Origin: an uncultured virus (IMG/VR IMGVR_UViG_3300032241_000856)
Lineage: Duplodnaviria; Heunggongvirae; Uroviricota; Caudoviricetes
DNA: 37,932 bases
Reading direction: 5' to 3' (one strand)
Virus record (IMG/VR): IMGVR_UViG_3300032241_000856
How positions within the stretch are numbered: position 1 is the first letter of the stretch; every line of letters starts with the position of its first letter. Below, one piece after another: positions 10,801-18,800 of this stretch. The translations under genes and the position numbers were made by a program. The notes under the pieces are model-generated. The model saw only the letters and a program-made list of their open reading frames with translations. It was not told the origin of the DNA and ran no database searches.

Positions 10801-12792
10801 AGTTGCCTTGTATGTATATGCAAGATAATTATTAACTTCTTTCATTGCAAATTGTTTATTGCGAACCAATAGAGATTTTGCATTAGGGTTTAAATATCCT
10901 TGCTCAATTTGATATGCGGCATAACGAACAGTCTTCCATGGTTTATCAATAGTTAAACCATAGTTAGGTGCAGGACTATCAACTCCTAGCGGACCAACAT
11001 ATACTAAATTATTGATCAAACCGTAGTTAGCCCATACAGGATATCCGTTTGTTGATCGTAAAATTTGTCCTTCTGTTCCAATTGGTAAACGTGTAGGACC
11101 ATTAGCGCCGTAATATAATAAATCGCCAGTGGTAGTTAATGCGGCTGACTCAGTTCCAACAGCAATAGCGTTCCAATAAGAACCAGTTGTGTCTGCATCT
11201 GGTCTGTTTCCAGAAGCGGATGTATGAGGTTGAATACAAATATAACTGCTAGAACCAAAGAATACAACGTCACCTTGATAATAAGATTTACCAGTAGCCC
11301 ATGTTACAGATCTACCAGAAGATGTAAATGTTGTAATTGCACCGCTGTTAATACCTACTACTGTAATTAGAATATCGTTAGTAGGGCTTAAGCCACCAAC
11401 TTGAGTGCCTAAAATTTTAATAGTATTGCCAGATGTATAACCTGACATTGTTATGCCAGAATGTAAGGTAATTGTATATACAGTATTTGTGCAAGTAATA
11501 TCAAAAGTTGCGCCAGTTCCTGATCCAGAGATATTTGTTCCAGCTACGTTTGAAAAAGTTGTAGAAGCATTTGTCCAATTAAATCCAGCGTTTAATTTTG
11601 ACCAGTAACTAGATACAAGACTAGGGATTTGATTACTATTATCAGATGTAGCAACATAAGTATATCCACCTAATCTTACAACACTTCCAATTTTATATAA
11701 AGTTGAACTTACCCAGTCACCTAAGAAAGAGAAACCTGTTGAAAATGCTTGCCAGTATGTAGGGCTAGTTGTAGGAGTTTGATTGGTATTATTTAAGATA
11801 GCAACATAAGTATAACCACCATAGGTAACTATATCGCCAACTTCATAGATTCCGCTGTTACTCCATGAGTTTTGAAATTCAAAACCATTTACAAAAATAC
11901 TAAATTGTGTAGTGTCAATGCTAGTGCCAGTTGACACGTGAGGTGATGTGCAAATCCATAAATCTGAACCCCACTTGACTACGTCATTTACACGATATCT
12001 AACAGCTGATCCACTCCATGTTCCAACATAGTCTATACCATTGTTAAAAATTTGCCATTTAGCAATATCGTTTTCTAAACCTAAAGCAACTGTTGAAGCA
12101 CTTTGGTGCGCTGTAATACAGACATAAACATAACCGCCATAGGCTACAAAATCATTTACTTTGTATCGTGTGCTAGTTGTCCAATTACCTAACCATTCAA
12201 ATGATGGTGCAAACTGATTCCAATAACTTTGACTTGTTTCTAACCCGCCATAAGTATAAATGGTTCCTTGGCCGTTCCATGCAGTATTAGTTGCATTGGT
12301 ATAAGTTACTGTAGATGTTGTTGAGTTAGTAACTGTGTATGTTCCATTATATCCTGTGTTAGCACCTGCAACAGTAATTGTCGATCCGATAGGAAATGGT
12401 GTCGGAGATGTTGTTGCATAAGATAATATAACAGAACCAGGTTGAGAAATATTATCTAAATTAGTAATAGTCAGCGTTGATGCTGTATTGTTAGCTGATG
12501 TATGTCCAGTTGTAGCAATGTAAACAATACCACCATACTTTACTTCATCACCAGCATTATATAGCGTTTGAGGAGCCCAGTTTCCTCTCCAAGTTGTTCC
12601 GTCTGCAATAATATTCCACTTAGTAGGCTGTGCTATTAAGTCAGCTACAAACGTCGGAGAAGCAACGTGATTTACCTGACAAATGTAACTCTTTCCACCG
12701 ACTGATACTACATCATCTACTGCGTATGTAGTGCCTGTGGTCCAAGGACCTTGCCAAACAAATCGAATTCTACCTAATTTAAATTGCGCCAT
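1879..12792 (-). CDS. Giant 3637-aa virion structural/fibre protein: 7 CBM5/12-like repeats, split pectin-lyase-like beta-helix, 6 helical CxRD-type modules, Asp-box propeller, many small beta modules
   Basis: Uninterrupted ORF. Motifs: W...Y..gDvV.ygG..Y.c repeats; VYVGPLGVD...G.TIDKPWKTV; GTYNEILPI...LVGDELR; SxDGxxW Asp-boxes; C-terminal HDFLYIG...TSTDQDGNF.VG shared with 12847..22359. Confidence 0.85.
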   Translation of the reverse strand: MAQFKLGRIRFVWQGPWTTGTTYAVDDVVSVGGKSYICQVNHVASPTFVADLIAQPTKWNIIADGTTWRGNWAPQTLYNAGDEVKYGGIVYIATTGHTSANNTASTLTITNLDNISQPGSVILSYATTSPTPFPIGSTITVAGANTGYNGTYTVTNSTTSTVTYTNATNTAWNGQGTIYTYGGLETSQSYWNQFAPSFEWLGNWTTSTRYKVNDFVAYGGYVYVCITAHQSASTVALGLENDIAKWQIFNNGIDYVGTWSGSAVRYRVNDVVKWGSDLWICTSPHVSTGTSIDTTQFSIFVNGFEFQNSWSNSGIYEVGDIVTYGGYTYVAILNNTNQTPTTSPTYWQAFSTGFSFLGDWVSSTLYKIGSVVRLGGYTYVATSDNSNQIPSLVSSYWSKLNAGFNWTNASTTFSNVAGTNISGSGTGATFDITCTNTVYTITLHSGITMSGYTSGNTIKILGTQVGGLSPTNDILITVVGINSGAITTFTSSGRSVTWATGKSYYQGDVVFFGSSSYICIQPHTSASGNRPDADTTGSYWNAIAVGTESAALTTTGDLLYYGANGPTRLPIGTEGQILRSTNGYPVWANYGLINNLVYVGPLGVDSPAPNYGLTIDKPWKTVRYAAYQIEQGYLNPNAKSLLVRNKQFAMKEVNNYLAYTYKATITGWNTGNYQFACSSTASFNVGMPITFSATYAGVTAGTVYYINTIVDSTHFTIKSTYTGSIFALTGSFSVGFTVNFYYDQTKTERDTGLTYEGIVYDLTRGGTLKTVTNAKAYFTTAGNTFITTNTGYQITQFIAAQNYLENYVLPAILGNTAPASNYQTLNGVSSGSQAVQIIDNTITAESTALSYCQGLVNIITSAMTAGSATAVPTPFQPNTTIDIKTGTYNEILPIVIPENTALVGDELRTSVVQPAVAVQNLVNDVPKTTSALNRISAILPALLTNQSVTPTSGNTATQITTLPTGDVGSAAAVTNTNASATALYRVFANGLTNLPTLVQPDPTGYGSTLTNVAWAATGNATGSTSTYNYGRAQIVQNYAFIKAEVVAYLNTNYSSVWTTFGATNQAETQRDAGYVLDAIRYDLTYGGNRMSLITGSAYWSNYVNTIQAAYLPATLAALARIQTILGQIVQAQSVTVSSGNVTSQVTTGSAGNAACAAFVQALVQNIIDAVQTGNSDAAVTPYIGWASTDLQTAFAAVQAKRSEIASDATAWIQKFYQSVTYNITTSTRDAGLIVDAICYDMVNGGNFNAIKAGSRFYAPIASNTVVLSTELSACLGAVNFMKYKIAKIAASGSVVAAQTTINDITQYIAGTGKVGDIWPPTAQAISSTFAAAAQLIYDNKAFVQAEVIAYVTANYPSVVYNKTTCSRDVNYILDALVFDMRMGGNWATRNAGAAYQSALYGLEISSTETTATVAAYGWLKTLVQNIATNSVGFTPVQSTVTQVRADTLQSVGNSTAATAVGNLVTIITNIISATNLASGVQTVTITTIASGTTFTTSAAHGLSVGDAVIPQSTSNGLTSGTWYYVASIPLSTTFTLSASYGGTTVTSFTSGTGLSIVAEKINLPSTAGVSASNLAAYQTLSGVKATIQGVISTFITTNYPTLTYNTAYCQRDIGYVIDMVGFDLMLGSNFLTLRAAMSYFQAQAAKAIGVQKKATVQSYRYLNTQMTSAVTSNSSAVTAINTLFTDFINIITGGINEIPEINGTITYNNTLSTIKGVEILRANTNFLVNEATAWITQNFGGALASISGLGVTTTGAHNLLAGDPVVFTGSSAGGITANTEYWVLAVLSPTSFSITSTYGGTTSIPLSSVSSPGLTAQYYFNVTSCQRDMTEYVKALIYDLQYPGNYKSIRAAVLYKNAVQGSQLSDMFYVRQSCGVRNMTLNGLNGDLTQVNAYGTRRPTAGAYTSLDPGFGPNDTNVWINTRSTYCQNVSLFGTGCTGMKIDGALHQGGNRSIVANDYTTILSDGIGVWCTGHSALTELVSVFCYYSYSGYLSELGGRIRATNGNSSYGTWGVIAEGTDTQETPLYANLNNRAAQAYVTNVFTDSVNTILRLEFENAGSGYTNATTAISGSGYNVYVTNDEFRDATVFETRIIDPLNTGSSGGVAYGQAINAGQGGTPYQITIAATDVALSPAYIGMRVVLTGGTGVGQSAAILSYSNGSKVALVYKESFTTLPVTATTLTTGVNNTAGVIVPGLTGTVFSPCGTQTGSFAPGMILTSSGTITLGTYITATSQVATVTSTGIASTTVSTTGTIGSIVGTGTQSSPWQATITGMSSTVNFVIGAQITATNGTGTLYGGSPTTVVVTAINSSTSITYQAVGGTTPTAGSVTNVQQTILTASAGSNLRPGIALSGGSVTGSYIAGQVSSTGSILATATFTGSSSSNVIVLSTFTVGTISTLAIGQFIAPISGIPAGTYITSITPTTNTITVNNNLYAAVSASTSVYAFGGAGTYALTAASFGAITGTPTGGTSWPVSTTQYRYSATISGTLNALTVASTATLYNGMGVYLDTTVNGLTSNTLYYVLALVAGGTQFSLTTTSGSGVAASVTSGSISANLYAAGWDHVVPGTAISSTLDLTTNYIIEPRITYTAPGYTATGRTLSASTTWGQVAYGAGRYVVVATGATTTSYSVDGKTWSAGGAATGLSGTLANKVVFGGGSGASYTATVGGLGGSGATFTVTLGVANSTGAPGVGQIASITVTNGGFGYTSPPTIVITDNTGSNCVATATVLSGIIQAVTVSANGSGYTNPTVTAVTSEVTSFNVVQYGYGYNSVPQVTVSAPISGATTWTNGGSATSSNYYTYLGNFYLATSSGTFGSSGPAFTTGTGTNGTVSLTYVATTATGTAVLSNYGVASITITNAGYGYTSTPTVTIADNSAKFVAISASSTATAYLPLWSSGIAVGASTAWTAGNALPASNFVSLAYGLGTYVAVGGTSSATSSNDGVSWTARTIPTLTSGTYSAVTWGAGSYNQFTGGAYVAISTGSNATAFSFNGSSWTTGGNLPQTTTWSSIAYGNNRYVAIASNQTYVAYSLNAGLTWTQAPAGLPSAANWTQISYGQGLFFAVASGTNIAATSPDGINWTSVVMPSSSNWNSVAFGSIPNLTTAGNSPLWVAVSNTSGQVAASMHTGATSQGRIKVGSGTITEIRMWEPGSAYPKGIVSSTSYIAGTVVTVNSSATTVITLSAAASLTQGQAIVFASNIGSYITAGTIYYVYATTSNSTSVSITTTYLGASALSVGTTTGLSVSATVTSLNTITVDNTENIIANQPIEFQGCTAAGLATNTTYYVIGASITTTTFQITATSGSSVPVIVTPATITSGIYTCAPTYTIGDVNHTTAVNLRVRTADGALGNPSFINRGTLNTTATALITGDGYADLYQSTNFISVSNLFAIPQAGANIVFATIPGVWYKLVTISNILGIAGNYSAVFQISPGLTVYNAPAHNTLMTTTIKYSQTRLTGHDFLYIGTGNQAQTNYPFVIPTNAIQSNQTSGTGGGRVFFTSTDQDGNFNVGNLFGVQQATGTATLNANAFNLSGLQSLTLSGLSLGVGSATITQFSTDPYFTANSDNVLPTQRAIKSYITAQIGGGQSTLNVNTLTAGVIYIANNTISTTSGGQINVTAKMNFTGGIDGAPVALGFFLQR

Positions 12793-12816
12793 TTTATTTC
12801 CATTCCTCTGATATTA

Positions 12817-12824
12817 TATTTATC
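12817..12824 (-). promoter_or_regulatory. Putative T4-type late promoter GATAAATA
   Basis: Intergenic, about 25 nt upstream of the 3637-aa ATG; matches the T4 gp55 late consensus TATAAATA at 7 of 8 positions. Confidence 0.7.
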
Positions 12825-12846
12825 TTATCCAAATATCTGCATACTT

Positions 12847-15800
12847 TTAGAAATTACCACGGTAGTTAGCCGCATGTATAAAGTATGATTCTGACATCAT
12901 AGTCCCGTCAACCCCATATGGAAGACCAGTTCCTGTAGCCCCGGCAATGTTCACTTTATTCAACATCTTTACATTTGATCCACTTTGCCCAGCTGGAATC
13001 GTAGAAGCAATGAAGTTAGGACCACCTACTGATACCGTTCCTGCAATCAACTGCCCAGTGAATGTGTTTGATCCACCTTGTGACAACCTACTTGTTATGT
13101 AAGATTTAATAGCTTTCTGCGTTGGAATAATTTGGTTACTGTTAGCTAAGAAAGTAGGTTCTGTGCTAAAAGATGTAATAATAACTGCATTATTACCGAC
13201 AGAAACTCCGCCTAGTTTCAACTGGCTTAGGCCTGTTAATCCAAATTGACTAGCATTTAGAGTAACAATACCAGTTGCCTGTTGAACTCCGAACAAATTA
13301 CCTACCACAAAGTTACCATCTTGGTCAGTTGAAGTATAAAATACACGACCTTGATTAACTTCAAGAGTCTGACTATTCACGTTTAGCTCAGTAGCAGGGT
13401 CTCCGAGACCGTCAGCCTGCGGGTATCCTGGATAATTAGATTCGATTTGATTACCATATCCAATATATAAAAAGTCATGATTTGTTAATCGAACTTGACT
13501 ATACTTCTCTCTAATCGAAACTGCCGCTAAATGTGTAGGCGAGTTTGACACAGTTAATGCAGGAGAAATATTAATCAACGCTTGAATATTTGGAGCTACT
13601 GTTCCTAATAGTGCTGTTGCACTGGTAACTTTATAAATTTGAGCATTATTAACAATAGTTAAATTATCCCCTGGACTAGGTAATCGTGTAAGTTGATTTA
13701 CATATAAACTTAAACCTGTTTGTAATTGATCAGCATATCCGTTACCTGTAATAGTAATAGTAGTAGAAGTTGTGCTGTAGTTTTGACCTCTACTTATAAA
13801 GGTTGGACTAGCTAATACACCATACCCTAATCTATGACTTGATACAGCATCCGCAGTATTGTTTGGATCTATATAAGTTAATGTAGGACTTCCAGTATAA
13901 TTAGAACCTGGTTCAAAAATACTAATGCTAGTAATTACTCCGCCTCCGATAACAGGACGAGATTGAGTTGTGCAACCAGCAAATATATTTTCTCCTAAAA
14001 TGCTTGATGATGCAGATAAAAATACCCCTGCAGAATCGCTTGTTCTATAACCAAATATTAATTTAGTATAATTATCGTTCGATACTGATCTAAATTTCCA
14101 TAATCTACCGTCTTCACTAGTATATCCAGTGCCGGATCCAGATGACAGAGCAAGGAATACACCTTGTCCATATGATACTAGGTTAGCAGGAATACTATAA
14201 GGTGAGCTATACCAAGTTATTCCGTCAAAACTCCAGCACGGGTTAGCACTAGTGCTAGATACCGCAACAAACATATTCTTACCAAATGTAATACTTGACC
14301 AAGCACTTGCTGTTGGCAATGCATTTGATGTTACTACCCATGTTTGCCCATCAGTTGAATAAGCTACATTTCTACTTCCATTAGCAACCGCAACAAATCT
14401 ACCAGCTCCCCAGACTACAGAGGACCAATTTAAAGAATTAGTTAAACCAGAACCTGATGTCCAATTTGCTCCTGAATTAATAGAATAAGCTGTGTCAGCA
14501 TTACTTCCCGGAACAGCAGTTCCAGTTAAGGAAACCGTTTGAATAGCACTACCTGATAGACTAGCAACAGTAATTACTAGATCATTTGTGGGAGTTGCTC
14601 CGCCTAAAGAAGTTCCTAAAATTTTAACTTGATCACCAATAGCATATCCAGTGCCGGCAGCTGATAAAAATGCGTTATAACTTGTTCCGCTTACACCAAC
14701 CGTAAACTTTGCTCCAGTTCCGGCAGTAACATAATTATAAGTAAAAGTTAAACCAGTGAAACCACCTGCTGTTGAACTAACTGCACTTCCTCCTAATGAT
14801 GCTGATATAGCAAAAGAGCCTGGTGTAGGTGTAGGTGTTGAAATAACATAATAAGTAGTCCCCGAAGTATATCCACTTATAGATCCAGTTCCTGTGTTAG
14901 TTCCAGTAACAACAATTGATGTTCCAACGGCAAGTGCAGATACAAGTGGGGTTCCTAGTGTAATAACTCCTGCACCACTTATAGTAATAGTTCCTGAAAT
15001 CTGAGTAGCTGTTGTTACTGTTGCTACGCTTAAATTATTATACGATGCACCGTTAGCAATTGCTACAAATGTTCCTCCGCCAAATGCTAGACTCGACCAA
15101 TTTTTAGCAGATGGAAGAGATGATTGTAACCAACTTGTTCCCGATGAATTAGAATATATAGCAGACGATGCAGACGCACCACCATATGATATTGCTACCC
15201 AGTAGTTTGCTCCATATGCTAATGCTGAATATGCGGCAGTATATGGCAATGTTATACTTTGCCATGATGCGCCAGAATTACTTGTGTATGCTGTTGCTCC
15301 TGTGTAAGAAATCCCCATAAACATTGAGTTGCCATAGGCAATTGTTGATTGTATTACTGGCCACGCTATTGTTGTATAAGAAAATCCCGGAGCAGTATAA
15401 GATGATCTAGGTTCAATAAAATATACAGAAGTTGAATCAAATACTGATGTATTTGGAGTTCCTGGATTAATATTATCCCAACCAACTTCTGCTAATAGCA
15501 TATTACCAGTTGCGCTGGTTATAGTTGGGCTTGTGCTTCCGCCAGATGTAGTAACAAGCGTAAACACATTTTGAGTGCCTGGAGTAATTGTTCCAATATA
15601 ATAAGTAGTGCCAGCCGATACTCCGCCGAATGTAGGAGTGCTGAATGTTCCAACAACGCTTCCTGAGCCGGAAGTAAACACAGTTTTAGTTCCAGTGCTA
15701 GTTCCTGTCATCGAACCTGTTCCACTAGTTAGAGTAAATGCTGAACTAAATGTTTTTACAATACAAGTTCCGCTTCCATTTGTTAATAAGGTTGCACCAC

Positions 15801-18800
15801 CTGTAGGTGTTCCTGATATTGTAAATGTTGTAGAATTGTTAACAACTGAAATATAGTAAGTTTGCTCTGCTGTTATTCCCCCAAATGTTACTCCTGTAAA
15901 CACAACAGGCTGTCCGGAAACAAACCCAGCAGTTGATGTAACTGTAATCAAGTTAGTAGTTACTTGAGTAGCAGTTGCGCTTGTAACAATTAAAGAAGAC
16001 GGCTGACTTACAGTAAAGTGAGTAGCATCAATAAGAGTATTAATATAAAATTTAACGCCTGGCGATAACACACCAATAGCTGTTCCAGTAAAGAAAATTG
16101 GATAGAATGATCTTAACACTGTAGTTGAATCGCTAACTGTAACTACGTTAGAATAAGGAGTTCCATTTAGTGTAATTGATGCCGATGTTGCAGTAGGACT
16201 ACATGTAACTAGACTTGATGATAGTGTAAATGTTTGAGAATCAATTACATCATTAATATAATAATTAATACCAACAACTAAGTTTCCAATAGTTGTTCCT
16301 TGGAATTGAATTATGTAGTTAGGTTGCATGTTAGTTGTCAACCCTGATAAGTAACCTGTTGCCGACGGATAATTCAAATACATTGTTCCGACTGCTGTAG
16401 TTAGCTGCCATACTTCACCACCAAAACTAGTAGATACTTGAATGTGTGTTAAGTCTACAATATTAACAATGTAGAATGTAAAATTATTTGTAATTTGACC
16501 AAATGTAAGTCCTGTAAATGTAACCGGTTGATTTACATATAACGGCAACGTTGAGCTAACAGTTAAGGTATTATTAATACCTCCTGTAGTGTTTGTAACC
16601 GTAACAGTTGCAATAGAAATAGTTGTAACTGTTGTTGTAAATGGATTTGGTAAAAATTGCACTGGCTGATTTACATATAATGTATTAACATCAGCTGTCG
16701 GCGATAATGTATAAGATCCAGGGCTTCCACTAGTTGATAGTGTTACTAATAAAGGAGTAAATGATTCTTTAAGGACCACAATAGCTTTACTAGTTGTATT
16801 ATAGCTTGCAATGTATCCGTATTGTCCTGCGCCTGAGCCGCTATTAACAAACAATCTCATTCCGTAATAAATTTGCAGAGTTTGCACATCTGACTGAGCA
16901 ATAATAATTGTGCCAGTTGAACTTGCGCCGCCTTGTGCATTGTTTGAAGCAGTTACATAACCAGCACCACCAGAACTAATTGATTCTTGATATACTCCGC
17001 TTGATCTAACTTCGTCGCCTATAGTAGAAACACCTGTTCCAGAACCGGAAATTTTAAAAGAAGCATTTTGGCTATATGACTGCCCTTGATTTTCTAAATA
17101 GAAAGATGTTATAATACCTCTTTCAATTTGTGCTCCATAGATATAAGTATAGGCACTAATACCGTATCTCGATCTTGGATAAATTTTAAATTGTAATTGT
17201 GTGTTTAACCCTGTTAAATCATATACAGAGAAAGACAATCGATACCATCCGCCTGAGATAGGAATAGCCGAAGCAGGTGCTGGAAGAGCACCGCCATTGT
17301 CTTGACTAGTAGCAGTAACAGTTTTAGTGCTAAAATTATAGTTTATCGCACTAGATAAACTTGAGTATCCTGAAAAAGTTGTATACAAATCAATTGATGT
17401 TGCTGATCCAGGTAATACATAAAGACTACATGTGTAATATTGAGTTGTTCCTGGAGGAATCAAACCACTAGCAGTTACAGTTAGAATAGAACTTGGAGAT
17501 TGTATGGCAGAAATTGTTAATGTAATATCATTTATGCCTTGTTGCCCTCCAACTAAATTTCCAGGAATTGAAATATTATTATTAATAACGTATCCAGAAC
17601 CTCCAGAATTTACAGTAACAACATATCCTGTAGGTGCAACGGTTACGTTAAATGTTGCTCCGGTGCCTGAACCTTGAATATTTGTTCCAGATAGTCCTGT
17701 ATAGATAGCTCCAGTTTGTGGAATTGAAATATTTTGATATATGTAGCTAGAATCGGTAATTCCAGTAAGACCGGTAATTTGCCATCCTTCTATTAACCCA
17801 GTAGGAGCTATTGAATTTAGTAATAGAGAAATATTTCCATCAGAAATCCAGCTAGAATTTAAGAAATTATTTGTGTATTTTAATAAATTAGTAGTTTTCT
17901 GATAATAGTTATTACCAGCATTAGTAAATTGAATTTTCAAAATCTGCGCACTTGACCCAAACGAACTTACAGCACTGGCCACAGCCTGTTGTGATCTATT
18001 GTTAACTGTTGCTGAGATAGGTGTTTCTGTTGTGTCATATCCTTCTGCAATTACTCCATAATCTCCATACGAACTGTTTCCATTTGTGGCACGCATGCGT
18101 CCGCCGTTTTCACTCATATATCCTGCGTAAGTATAGTAACAGAATACAGACACCGCTTCGCATAGTGAACGTCCTCCATATAACCATATACCTATACCAT
18201 CAGACATAATATTAGTATAGTCATTACACACCATAGAAGTATTTCCGCCGTTATGCAAATTAGAATTAATTTTCATACCTATAGAACCTAATCCAAACGT
18301 TGTTACGTTTTGAACATATGGTGATTTTCTAAATATCCAAGCACTAGTATCATTAGGTCCAGTGCCAGGATCTAATGCTACATAAGTCCCGCCAGTTGGG
18401 CGACGAGTTCCGTATTGATTTACAGCTGATAGTGTTCCTAACAACCCGGAGAAAGTCATATTTCTTAAACCAGTTCCGTTTCTAACACGGAACATATCGC
18501 TAAGTCCTCCTCCGCCGTAGACAAACATGTATCCTCTATTTGTTGTCAAAGTAACTATAGATGATCCAGTTGATGTAAATGAACTTATTGCTCCCGAACC
18601 AGGTGTAACTCCAGCCCAAGTAACGCCAGTTACTCCACCTGCAATTCCATTTGTTGCTGTAACAGTGATAGTTAAATCATTAGCAGTTGTATAAAATGCT
18701 GATGGAGCTGATGGAGTTGCTACTGTTTGAGTGTTTGTTACAGTATAACTTAAACCGGTAAACGTAGTTAAAGAATTGTATGAACTAAATGTTTGAGAAT

